DNA of 64,000 bases from Bugula neritina (lineage: Eukaryota > Animalia > Bryozoa), in the NCBI GenBank assembly GCA_964035545.1, contig OZ037768.1, positions 6,046,741 to 6,110,740 on the forward strand, read 5' to 3'. Made by a program: the position numbers and the translations under genes. Positions 27,000 to 40,500 of the stretch are shown one piece after another. The notes under the pieces are model-generated. The model saw nothing but the letters and a program-made list of their open reading frames with translations, was not told the origin of the DNA and made no database searches. How positions within the stretch are numbered: the first letter of the stretch is position 1; each line of letters starts with the position of its first letter.

Positions 27000-27790
27000 A
27001 GAGTAAGAGTAGCTATAAGAGTAAGTAAAAGTGTAACTGCTCTTTTTTAGTTTTTTACTTGACTAATAAAATTAAATTAATTGGCAAATAAATTCAATTG
27101 AGGCCCAAGTTTAGTCACACTGACAGTGACACACACTCACAGTGAGTGTGACAGTCAGTGTCACTATGAGTATCAGTATGAATATCATTATGAGTATCAC
27201 TATCAGTATGACTAAGAGTAAGTAACTGACAGTTACTATTACTATTAGCACTACTGTATTACTATTAGTATTAAAGTATTACTATCAACGTTATATTAAT
27301 AGTTATACTGATACTATTACTATTAGTATAACTATAAGTATAACTATAAGTACAATTAGTATTACAGATATTGAAATAATAATAATATTAATATGAAATA
27401 TTAGTAATAGTTATTACTATTACTGTATTACTATTAGTATTTCATTTGACATTGACTTAACTACTGCTAGCTCAAGTACTATGTCTATTCTTCACATGAA
27501 TACTTCAACTTTCAATTTGTCCCAAAAGCATTATCATAATGATAGTGATAATAAATTAAAATATAATTTAAATTATAATATTATATTTAATTCTTATTAT
27601 TTTAATACTTTAACTTTCACTTTGAGTAAAAATTAAAACTATAAATCTATTACTATTAGTATTACTATTACTATTAGTATTAGTATTGAATTTGATATTC
27701 ACTTTCAGTTTCACTTCTACTTCTAGTTCTACAGTTTTAGTTTTACTCACTTATAGTTATAGTTATACTTATTGACATTGTGATTGTTAG
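27000..27790. repeat. Hexamer-periodic low-complexity tract (TATTAG/TATTAC/AGTAAG etc.) upstream of the METTL2 ATG, probably a 5'-UTR intron
   Basis: Degenerate 6-nt repeats, e.g. TACTATTAGTATTACTATTACTATTAGTATTAG at ~27650. Confidence 0.75.
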
Positions 27791-27889
27791 CGTCTTATTT
27801 TTACAATAATTGCTTCAGCAGATATCACTAAAATAAAACAGTTAGTGCTATATCAACATGCATATTGATAGTTAAAACCTTTGGTTGTG

Positions 27890-28150
27890 ATTTACAAAAT
27901 CGCCAAACAATTTCCACGTGTTAATTACATTTAATAGTACGTACGCGCTGCGACTATTATAACCATCGCTTTGTTTATTCGGAAACTTTCTTCTTTAGTT
28001 GCTAGTATAAATTAAAGTTATAAATTAAGTTATAAATCGCTCTAGTTTAAATAGTTTGATTGGAATCGCTAAATATATACGATTTCACACACGTTGGCCA
28101 ATCAACGGACGACACACATTTTTTAACACTTTATTTGTCCCCTCTATAGT
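27890..28150. promoter_or_regulatory. Probable bidirectional promoter METTL2 (-)/PDIA3 (+)
   Basis: CpG-enriched patch between divergent genes, with CCACGTG at ~27914, ATTGG at ~28059 and CCAAT at ~28098. Confidence 0.55.
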
Positions 28151-28223
28151 CATTCATTCAATTTTAGCCACTTGGCACATTCTTTTGGATTTAGTCGTCG
28201 GGAGAAGCCTCTAGAGTTTTAAA

Positions 28224-31200
28224 ATGAAAGGTGTGAGTATATTTTTGTTGGCTATTGTTGCTGCTTCATATGCCAGTGATGTCTTGGAACTTACAGACTC
28301 TACATTCGAATCAGGAGTTGCAAACAAAGATATAGTTTTGGTCGAATTTTTTGCTCCATGGTAGGTTACACTTAGTGACTTACAGTTACAGGCATTACTA
28401 AAAGTAAAAGTAAAAGTAAATAAAATATTACTCATTATATTTAGTTTTACTGATTACTGCACTTACACAGACTTACAGTCACTCTAATTTTTAGTTCAAA
28501 ATTTGGCAGTAGCACTAACAGTAACAATAATACTAATACTTATACTTATAGTATTAGTTATACTAAGTCTAATACTAATAGTAATAGTCTAATACTAATA
28601 CTAATAGTAATACTAATAGTAATACCAATAGGCAATAGTAAATCAAATGTAATACTAAAAGTAAATCTAATACTCATACTGGACAGTAACTGTGGCTACA
28701 CTTTGACTTACAGTTACAGTATTGCTATTAGTATTACTATTAGTATTAGTATAGCATTAACTATAACTTTGGTATAACTGTATAACTATAAGTATTCATT
28801 TTAATATTGACTTTACTAGTCTAAATTATTTAATTATATAACTGGAACTAAAGCTGCCAATATGAATATCTCAGCTTTATTTGAACTAATAATAATATTG
28901 GCACTTGTGGTAGACTTAGTTACTAGATTTATGCAACTGCAAGTGTTTACCAATTTATAATTTAGGTGTTTTATGGGCATTATAGCCATAGGATTACTAG
29001 TACTAGCCTACTGTTGACTTTTTATAAAATTGTGCTACAACCTAGTACCTACAAGTCATTTGGAATTTATTCCAGTATCCAATTCATTTTTCGAGTGAAC
29101 TTACTGGGACTTTGAACTAACTCTAACTTTATGCTTACCTATAAGTGTAATAATCATATTATTAAAGTTTAGTTAGCTTTTATTTAAAATATAACTATTT
29201 TGTAATGATTTTGTCTGCCAGCTGCAGAGATAACAGTTGTTATTTAATTTTAAGTTAACCAAGACGAATGGTAATACTTGACTAAATAAGACTTCACTAT
29301 GTTTTTCCACCCAGCACTTTTTATACCAGCATTTTTAGACAGTTTTAACTGTACTCAATGTGACACGTAACATGCATTATAAAGTCAGAATTTTAATGTA
29401 TGATATCAAAACTGTCCAGTAAATTATAATAATTCAAGTCACTAGCTTTGGAAACTGCTTTAAAACTTTAGCTTTCCTTCTAGTTATTATGATTATATAT
29501 CAGAAAGTTATAGTGTAACAAGTTTTATCAGTAAAATATTTCTTGCTGTTTAATTGATATATTTAATTCCTAAGACCCATGCTACCAAATTCTTTTATTT
29601 TGGCTCCTCAAAAATAAAAACAGTTTTTACATGTGCAAATGAAAAGTTAATATAAATATTGTGAAGCTTTGTGCTATTTTGTGTGTTTCATTGAATGGTG
29701 ATAAAATCATTGTATATATAATTTAAAGGTGTGGTCATTGTAAAAAGTTGGCTCCAGAATATGAAAAGGCTGCCACAGCTTTGCTGTCTTCAGATCCACC
29801 TGTGCCACTTGCTAAGGTAGATCTCAAACCAATACTAGCTCAGAATAAAATCATGTTCAATATAATGCTTCAACTTTAACTGAAACTTTAACCTTGATTG
29901 TATATTAGTCTCACCCTTAATTCAATTTGTAGGTAGATTGTACTGCTAACACAGAAGTATGTGGGAAACATGGCGTATCTGGTTATCCAACACTAAAAAT
30001 ATTCAGGAACGGAGAAGTTGCTGAGGACTATAATGGACCCAGAGATGCCAGTAAATAGTTTTTAGCATTTTCTTACAAATTCTAGAATGCAATAGTTTAT
30101 GTGCAATGAATGTGCACACATGTTCATCTGATATTTTTTGCAATGTACTGGCCACATGAGGGTATGAATTTAAAATTGATCTATCATTTAGGTGGAATTG
30201 TTAAGCATATGAAGACCAAGGCTGGACCAAGTTCCAAGACCCTTGAAAATGAGGGGGATGCAGTAAAATTCCTTAATAATGCTGAAGCAGGGATTGTAGG
30301 TAAGGCATTTAAAATCGTTATGTTATCTACCTCCTACTGTTGACAGTTAAAATATCTAAAACCCCAATATTTAAGGAAGAGTGCAAGTTTAAAGTGGTTT
30401 TAATACAATTTGTGTATTTTTTCTTCATGTGGTTGAAATAACCTGCATGTTTATGGAAATTATATTTGGAACTGAATTCTTAATTTAGGGTTCTTTGGAA
30501 GTGAAGACTCTCAGCTCGCAAAGACATTCAAGAAGGTGGCCGATTCCATGGCTGAAAAGTTTAGATTTGCTCACACAACTAATGAAGAAGTTACTAAAAA
30601 ACACGGAAAAGCTGAGTAAGAAGCTGCAATTGCCTTGCTAGCGTGTCGTTATTGTCTGAAAAATGTCAACAATTGTCATGTGCAAATATTCTCGGTTTGG
30701 AGTTGTATGCCCATAGTTGTTGTAAATGCTAACTAATTTTTTAAATTACTTTTCAAATATTGAACTATTTTAATTAATGATTTGATTAAGAATTAAACTG
30801 TTACATTGTCCATTATTATCTTAATTACAGCGTGACAAACTTGTATTAGTATAAAATCCAGGTTCTATTTTTTTCTTTTTTCCTCACTGCATCAGGTTGT
30901 CGATATGATTCCCATTCCAATTTTCTGCACACATCATAAACCACTGTTCAGAGTTCATTTTACTAAAGCCTTGACTCTATTTGTTCATGTTCAAGGTGAT
31001 AATGTTGAAATTTATTGTTTGTAGCACAGTTATTATTTTCTACCCAACATCAATGCACAGCAAGTTTGAGGACAAACAGAAAGAATATGACGGTGATGCA
31101 AACATGCAGTCACTCAAGTCTTTTGTAACCAGCAATGTGTTCGGTTTGTGCGGTCACAGGACTCAAGGCAATGCTGGCGAATTTAGCCAGAAACCATTGG

Positions 31201-32713
31201 TTGTTGCGTACTATGATGTTGATTATGTTAAGAACCCCAAAGGAACCAATTACTGGCGTAACAGGTGGGTGGACATTGATAGTTAGCATCACATTTTATG
31301 AGTATATTTGGCATTGCAGTTGTATAGCGGGACTGAGTAGTTATATGAATGTAACTGGTGTATCTGCTTACAGAGTTATGAAGGTGGGAAAGAAGCTGTT
31401 GGATTCTGGCAAATCTCTCCACCTCGCCGTGTCAAATGCTGGTGAGTTCAGCCAAGAGTTATCGGAATACGGCTTATCATTCTCTGGCAATCCCGTTGTA
31501 GCTCTTAGAGACCAGAAAGACCAGAAGTTTGTTATGACTGATGATTTCAGGTTGGTTGTCATTTCTACTAGCTGAAGGTTACATGCGGTTAGCTTGTTAT
31601 AAACTTTTTTTTCATATAGCTACGTGATCAATAGCCAGTACCCTGTCTGTTTACAGTATGGATACTTTTGAGAAATTTTTGAATGACTTCCTCGATGGAA
31701 AGCTGGAGCCATATCTGAAATCAGAAGCTGTTCCAGACAACAGTGATAACGCAGTCAAGGTATAGAATGCAATTTGTCAATTATTCTCTGCTATATGGGA
31801 TGTGTTTATGAAAGTGGTTATCAACGGTGTACTTTAAAATGTATGCTGCTTACTGCATCTATTGTGGCCTAGTCTTAATTCTGTCAACTCTTTGTTAACT
31901 GTTCATCTTTATACCCATTGAGTTCTCCACCATGTGCTGTTGAGGGTGTGTAATTGCTCTTGACGCTGTAATAGTAGCACTTATTAAAATTTGTGTACCT
32001 GATTACTCATATGCCATACTTAATGACACTCATAAGACTATAAAACATCATCAATATGTACTCTTGAAATAATGCGTTGTGTTCATTGTGTCATGTAGGT
32101 CGTGGTAGCTAAGAACTTTGATGAGATTGTCAATGATCCAGAGAGGGATGTTCTTATTGAATTCTATGCCCCATGGTGTGGACACTGTAAGAACCTTGAG
32201 CCTAAGTATAATGAACTGGCTGAAAAAGTAAGTCTGTATATATTGTACATTTATAGGTGTCTGTTTTTGTGGGTCCATTGGTAAAGCAGCATGACAATTT
32301 GTATGTGTTTTTATTTAGCTTGCTGGTGAAGATGGAATTACAATTGCCAAGATGGATGCCACTGCTAATGACGTACCAGCTAACTACCAAGTCAGGGGTT
32401 TCCCAACAATATTCTTTGCGCCCAAAGGCAAGAAACAGAATCCCAAGAAATATGAGGTGCGTGTCCAAGAAAGTGTTTATATATGGTTGCACTAGTAGTC
32501 ATATAAATATATGTGTACGGTAAAAATGTTTAGTCATATCCAACAGTGTAGTAATGTGCTGGTACCTCATATTGGCTCCTAATACTCTGTCATAATCTGT
32601 TATTGTAGAGTGGACGTGAAGTCGACGACTTTGTCAAATACATTGCTGCCCAGGCCACTGATGAGCTTAAGGGATTTGATCGAAAGGGAAAAGCAAAGAA
32701 GTCTGAACTCTAA
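28224..32713 (+). CDS. PDIA3: Protein disulfide-isomerase A3 (ERp57/ERp60)
   Basis: Signal peptide [25 protein letters not shown]. Two [10 protein letters not shown] active sites (split 28360/29729; ~32165-32190). ERp57 signature [21 protein letters not shown]-terminal KAKKSEL ER-retention-like end. Twelve GT-AG exons. Confidence 0.96.
28365..28830. repeat. Hexamer-periodic low-complexity tract in PDIA3 intron 1
   Basis: (CTAATA/GTAATA)n, (AAGTAA)n and (TTACAG)n runs immediately after the first donor. Confidence 0.75.
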
Positions 32714-33048
32714 ATCATTTCTCTGCGCAGTGTGTTACCTATTCGCGAATTTCCTATATTCCATAACTTGTTTGAAGCTGTAGATTAACCTCGTAAAAAA
32801 ACAATAATCATAGTATTTACTCTTTACTCTATCTACTTCACACTATATAGGCTCTTCCATGTAATTATTAGATACCTAAATTGTATTTGTTAGAAAATCA
32901 AAGATGCTACAATTTATGTGTGCTAAAGATGTATGTAGAGATTGATTATGGAGTCTTCTTGTTTTGTATATACCTGCCGTGATGTATTCTCAGCTTCAGT
33001 TGCTACTGCAATCATTCCATGCCGTTTGCTTCTGTTTTCTGATGAATT

Positions 33049-33054
33049 AATAAA
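33049..33054 (+). terminator. Likely PDIA3 polyadenylation signal
   Basis: AATAAA ~335 nt after the PDIA3 stop codon. Confidence 0.5.
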
Positions 33055-34549
33055 AGTGTAATCATTTATTAAACTGTTGATATTTTATGATCTACCCTAT
33101 TAATTTTCGAGAAATATTTATGAAAGTAGTGAGATCAATGACCATGACAAAAGTTGCAAGCTATATGATAACCGTCCAGTGGACAAATATTTCAATCAAA
33201 GAGTATTGAAATCAGTCCAATTAATAATTCCCCTGTGAACGTACATAATGCACGTGTTTTCACAAACAAACTTTTATGAATTTATCTTATCTTGTTACTG
33301 TTAACCTGCATTCACAGTTTAAACTTCATTATAGCTAATCAATATTATATGACTGCTCAACATTCTGCTAAATATAAGAGCAGCATACACATATGTCTTA
33401 CTGGCACATGAGAGCAAAAATGGTTTAACCAGGTAAGTTTTCTATAGCATTTATATTAAATCATTTTGAACGAGTTGACAATGTGGCTGTAAAGGTTACT
33501 GCTCCACTATACATTTTCAAAAAAAAATTAAGACAACTATTGTTATTATACAATATGATTGTAGGTACTCAAAAAAGTTTTAAATACCTGCTCATGGGGA
33601 GTATTATTAAATATTCCAAAACAACAAATATATATTTCATATTCTCACTACGATCTTACAGTTCAATGTAAAATTTATGTAAATTTTATCAAATGAATAC
33701 CTGTTTGCAAAGTCAACTAAAATGTAATTAAATAATTAATTGTAGGCGAGTCTGCCTATTTCTTGCATTATATAAGTCGCATTTAAGATTTGCTAAACAA
33801 TGGATTTTGGAAAATGACTTTGGGTTATTATTTCAACAATTGCAAAAAAGTAAGTCCTAATAATGATATATGTGATGACAATAACGTAAACATGTTAAGA
33901 ATTACAAATTTAGAGTAGCCGGTCTATCTCAATTTGCATCTGCGATTGCACAGAAGTGTCTAATATAGTGTCTTAATGTCTTGCTACTCACTTTTAAACC
34001 ACAGCTTTAACTATGTTTTAGTTCAGAACTTCTTTGCTACAAAATGAGATGGTGAAGGTGACTATGACCCAAACAGAGTAACTAACCTTCGCACAAGTCG
34101 GTAAGTATCAACACTATTGGTCAAATTACCTGATTCATTTACATACAGTTTATGTATACTTGTAGTTGATTATTTGAAATACTAGGAATATTTTTCTGCA
34201 TGCAAGCAAATTAGTATTTAAACTGAAACCAACTTTACATATATACCACCAACTCTGAAAAGAAATATAGGGTTCTTATACATATACTTAATACTAATCT
34301 ACACTCCTGCCTAATTGGTTTGATGATCTGAGGAGATATCCAACCTCTTGCAAAAATTATAGCTAAGTTTTCAATTTAATAAATATTAATCACTAGTATT
34401 TTCTGTAAGAAATACTTTATAAATTGACATTTATATGCTGAGTATGAGTAGCAAATATAAAAATACTTGGGTTTTAATTTCCAGAATAATTTAAGCAATA
34501 TGGCTGATGCTAGTATGCCTGTTGGTTGTAGCTTACATAGTTGGTAATA

Positions 34550-37500
34550 ATGTCCAACAATACTGGTGTTACTTTCTCTTTGACACCAAAGTCATCAAAC
34601 GAGTCTGCCAGAGTTCGTAGATCACCTTCAAGTTCATCACGGTATGCAGTTTTTATGAAGTTTAATTTTAACATTTGCATATTTTAAAAATGATACTCCA
34701 TAGAATTGTTATTTAAGAATTAATATTTGCACACAGAAAGCATGATTTATTTGAAAAATTTTAACATACTTGTGATGGTGATCATCAGTTTAGTCAAAAT
34801 TGTTATAAATGCTAAGTTTACATGTTGATTTATTAAAAGTCAAAAAGTAAAGTAAACTTATGTCAACTGTACGGAAATGAAAGTTAATTTGGTTTTGTAT
34901 GCTCTGTGATTCTTTATATAACATGAAGCTCAATGGCACACATGCAAAATTGCGTAGCCAAAATTTCAATGCACTATTCAACACGAAAATATTTCCTGGG
35001 ATTAAAATCAAGGCTTTATTGAATCTTACAGAAAGAAGTCCTTTTACATTTAGGCATAGCATTGGAGCCTATGGAACTATAAATGATAGAGTAGTTAATA
35101 GAATATTAACAGAATATTATATTTAAACTAATTTAGTCTCTCATCTTTTTATATGCTCTTCTCTACTTTTGTTTTTATGTTTTATGTGATCAGCTCAAAC
35201 CTTATATTGCTGAAGTTGAAATTTATCAAAAGTTACGATTGTAGCTCAAATGATCTCTGTATATGGTGTCATTTGCCTCAAGATAATAATTTGCTTTGCT
35301 AGTGCAAAATTTCTACACTTATCGTGTATTTATAGCAGTAGGAGAAAAACTTCTCCTCAATTACTTCGCATTGATAAATCTAAAACCCAAGTTCCAACTC
35401 CACGAAGTAGCCACTCCGTCTCTAAACGTTCTGCGTCTACTCAAAGACGATCATCAATATCAAATAAAGATGAGGTTACAGCTGATTTGGTTGAAGAATC
35501 GTCTACTAAATCACTATTGCAGCCATCCTCTTCTTCCAGGTTGTTCAGCAAATCATTTTCTCTAATTATTTAAGTATGTTGACAATAAATTATTTTTAAT
35601 TTGAGTAGTTATAGGCTAATCCTGTTACAAGAATCTATGAACTTAATATGAATAACTTGGTACCAACTAATGCTATCTTGTACACTATTATAGATCACCC
35701 ATACCTCTATCTGCTGTAAAATCTTTACCAGCACAAACTGAAGATTCCCGGAGAGGTACTAGTTCAGATACCAAAACAAGGTATGTACTTTTTAATGTTA
35801 TCTTAGAGCAGTCCCTGGGTATTCATGTAGGTGAGTTAGAGTCAGGGTTGGGGTAATTGTAATTTGTAATTGTAATTGGCTGTAATTAATTACATTTTTT
35901 CAAGTAATTGAATGTAATTTGTAATTGAGGTTTAAAAATGTAATTGTAATTGTAATTGTAATTTAATTACATATCTAATGTAATTGATTTTTACAATTAC
36001 TTTATAATTACATGTCAATTACTTCAAACTTTTAAATCTTAAAAAACTCCTTTTTCTACAATGCCTATTGGTAAATAACAAATTCAGATAGTTAGGTCAG
36101 TAAAGTAGGGTCATTCCATGCCAGCTCACCGAATTGCCCGCGTCTATTTGCGTCGCAGATTTTGTTCATGTTTACACCAAATAGACCTACAAATGCCTCA
36201 CGTACTCTTCTTCAGTATTTCTGACCTGACACAAATTTTTTTTGAGAACTGACTACTTTTGTGGACAAAGGTTGAGAAACATTTTGAGGAAAATTTGTGA
36301 TTTCTACTTTGAGACTAATCTATAAACGTCTATATCTCAATCATTTTTCTAGACTGAGCCTTAAAATTTGCTGTGTGATTTGATAATACCTATCAATTTG
36401 CACTAGTAGCAACACATATTACAGAATACTTTGTGCGCTTATATGCAAAGTCATTGAATATGAACAAATCTTTGTAAATTTTGAAAAATTGCAAATACCC
36501 ACCTAATCAAATTTTAAATTGCTTATAAATTGGTCTAAAAGTATAAATCACAAATTTTCCTCAAAATATTTTCCAATCTTTGTTCACCAAAGTAGTAATT
36601 TCTCAAAATGTTTTTTGTGTCAGGCCAGAAATATTCACGAATGGTAATCTGAACATGTGTAGGTTTATTTAGTGTAAATATGAGTTGGACGTGGGACCCC
36701 TTGAAAGTTGGTGGATTTGGTATGGAATGACATAATAGTATCACTGTAGAAAATAAAAGAGGTTCACCACTGTCAACACTGCCCCTGGTAGTTAGACCCT
36801 AGAAGTGACTTCTATTTATTCCTTGTGAGAACAAAAGTAATTGTAATTGTAATTAATTACATTGCCATGTAATTGTAATTGTAATTAATTACATTTATTT
36901 TAACTGTAATTATAATTGTAATTGTAATTGACAAATCTTCATGTAATTGTAATTGTAATTAATTACATTTACATGTAATTGACCCCAACCCTGGTTAGAG
37001 TTGTGGGAAATCTTGACCTGTAAACTCATGAAAATATGAAACAATCAGGAAATAATCATAATCATGTTTGAAGTAAATAAAGATAACATACTATTCTTGT
37101 GTTAAAATTCGATATAAAAAACCTTCTTGCCAATAAAACAGAAGTTTTTAATATAATAAGCACTATATGCATGTAGGCATGCGTTACTGTGTTAATTCTT
37201 TGCTCTACAGTCATTAAGCCAACAGTGTATGGCTTGATCTTAGCAATGTAATATTTGGCTTGTTACAATTCTATAAAAGTATGACTTATACAAGTATTTG
37301 CCATAACTATTAAAACCGCGCATCAACTTGCTATACTATGTATCTAGAACTTCCTTTTAGTTTTAAAAGCTGGTCATGCTTTACTTTGTATCTGAAGCCT
37401 TCTCCTATAGCTACGTTAGGTTTTGTCTATCTAATGTTTTTCCCTAGCCATCTTTTATTATTGCTTCGATAGCTATAGCTGTCTATAAGCAAGGTTCATT

Positions 37501-40500
37501 CATTAATTTTTTCTTGTAATACAAGTACAGGAACACAACATTACTGGTTTGCGCTCACTGTGCTGTTATGGTGTCTTAACGATGGAATATGTAGTCATAA
37601 GTTTGCGGGATGTTCCATGCTTTTGCAAAACCCAATATAATTTTACTATATAGCCTAATATAAAGCACTATACATGCGATTATACTTGGGATATTTTCTC
37701 TAAATTTTGTATTTAAGCAAAGAAAAGGTACATTCATTCATTTATATTTTAACAAAATGACAAGAAACAGCATTGCTGGTGTATACTCACTCTACTGAGG
37801 TACTTTCACAATGGAACCTGTGGGCATTAGTTTGCTGGATGTTCCATGCTTTTGCAAAGCTCCATTATAAATTTCCTATAGTGTAATATTAAACATTAAA
37901 CGCTATACATGCTATTATACTTGGAATACTGGGCATTATTCTGGCCATTCTGGATGTTACAAGCATTTGTTGACAATTGCTAATTAATATTCTGCTAGTA
38001 ATTTTTATGAATAAAGTTAATCAGATAATCAAATCTAAGAGCAGCTGAACACCTTAATTAGATAATTATTGTCATGTGACATTGACAGTGTTTGATATTG
38101 AATTTTTCTGTAACCTATCCTTAATTGTGTTATACTTATGTTGCAATTTTATGATGGGTTGCCGAACAGATATAATATATCTATGATGCATGTTTTGTGC
38201 ATGTAATGTAATATGTTAGCCCAAGAACTTGCTGTTGAGATAATATAGCCAACGATTATTATTTGTTTTGTTGGGACAAATTGTTGGCATATTGTAATTA
38301 ATAAACTGCCAGAGTAAATCATTGATCGCGGGCACTTATTGGTTAAGAGCCACTTAAGTATATTGTAAATGTAACCCTATATACAATAGCTAGCCATAAT
38401 TAGTATTTAATTTATTGCACACAATTGTTTTCATTTAAATATAAACTTTCTGGAGGGTAGAGAAGTGTGAGAAGTAATTAATATTGTTTCAGTGGAATGT
38501 CTCTCAGAGAGACTTTGATTCCTGCACAGATTAATGCAGCTTCGGCTCAACCATCCAAGTCATCAAACTTGTCTTCAACTAAGAAAAAGAGAGGAGTCCA
38601 TATTCCACAAATTGAAGATCAGAATATATCACTCAATCAGACAGTAATTGATGCGTAAGTACTTAAATTATCTAGATAAGCTCCATAAATAAACAACACA
38701 CTTGAGTGTAATGAGGCAATGAAGAGGTGCTAAATATCCATTAGTCTTTGATTGAAAGTGAGCAAGATTTTGGCTCTATGCAAAGCAGGAACAACCCACT
38801 ACTAATCTCCCACCAACACACTCTGCTAGCAACCCTGCTTTCAAACCTAAAGTGATCTTGTGAAGGCAACATAAATTTCAAGACTGACTGGGTTTACTTG
38901 GTAATTGTATTTGTCAGGTTTTAGTCGTAAGAGCCATACTCTGTATAATCATTCATGATAGTTTCAATTACGGTATCTACATTTACAAGTTGATAGTAAG
39001 TTTATGATGATGAGTCATATCTAAGTTTATAGTTTTACTCTCTAGCAATGCCTTAACCAACTCATATATTTAAGTGTCGCTAATACTTTCCTATAAGCCC
39101 AAACTTGGATAAACTGAGCCTGCCAAACATACGTAATTACATCTAAATATAACACATTTAGGTGTCTCTAATATTTAACTGCTGTTTTTTAAGTAGAATA
39201 GTGTACATATTTATAAAACTCAATTTAGAAATGAAGTCAACTACCTTTCCTTATAATGTTTGCATTTTTTAATGTTTAGCTATTGCATTAGGTCAGATTT
39301 CAGTAACTGTTTGCCTAATTATTCTGTGAATGGGCAGACAGTGACATAATTATACAAAATAAACAACATTTTGTGTAACTCAAGCAATACTTCCATCTTA
39401 TATGTGTTATCAAATCGTTACAGTATATTTTCTAATCTGAATTATATGCTGTATAGTTTGACTGTGTTACACAATTTCCAGCATAGTCATAGCCAAAGTT
39501 CTCCCTATTCATTACAATTTGAAAGTTTGAATAAGCTGGAGTTTTAGTTAAAACTTTATTTTAATTAATTTTATATCTTTATTTAAGGTTATTGAAACTT
39601 GAATTAAGTGCTCAAACATTTTAGTTTAACATGACATGTTCATGTTCATGACAATTGTCTGCATTTTTCAAAATTTCAACAATTCAAGCTTGTTTATAAA
39701 TTATAATAATATTATAATATCTATTGCTTTCGTTTTAGTGAATTTTTATGAAAACTACAGCTCATTGCTGAGTTATTTTTTTTTCAAATTTTGAACTTTT
39801 TCACAAAAATGAGAATAGAAAATAAATATTTTCAAACTAGAGAGGCTGCATGCTCTAACAACAGTTTATAACTCAATAAGTGCATAGGATCATGCTGATC
39901 ACCACTTTAGAGCATATGTCATTGAGTTGTAAAAGGTTTGACATATACAGACAGCGCAATTTTAGAAGCTGCATCTAATGAATATGTATTGTAGTGTTTT
40001 ACATGTAGTTAAATGACAAAAAATTCAGGTTGAAGTTATTTCATGTTAATTTATATAGTGAAGTAAAAATGTAAATGCCAATTGCCTTCCCATAATCGTA
40101 ACAAACAAAGTTAATGGTGCCGGCTATATATAATAAGCTAATGGTATGTTAACTTCAATTGCATAATAATAATATATATTTTATTGCTCAAAAATAGTAT
40201 ATATAAAATCTAAAATTAATTTATGATAAAATATAGAAGGTTGCACTGCATTATGTCTAGGAGTTGCCTGCACTTTAAAGATATAATTTTGTTTATTATA
40301 TTTCTTCTGGTCTCAGTCATTTACACAATTATTGTATTGTACTATTATAACTTTATATTTTATATAAAGAAGTTAGCATAGTTTTTGTATATAGTCTTTT
40401 CTCAAGATTAAATCTTTGTGGGGATAGAAATTATGCCACTACTATTTGCTCTTTCATACTCAAATACAACCCTTAATAGTTTAGAGGTAAGATTAGTTTA

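Noticed and set aside
34045-34047. Selenocysteine reading of the in-frame TGA
   Set aside because: No redox-motif context and no SECIS element recognised.
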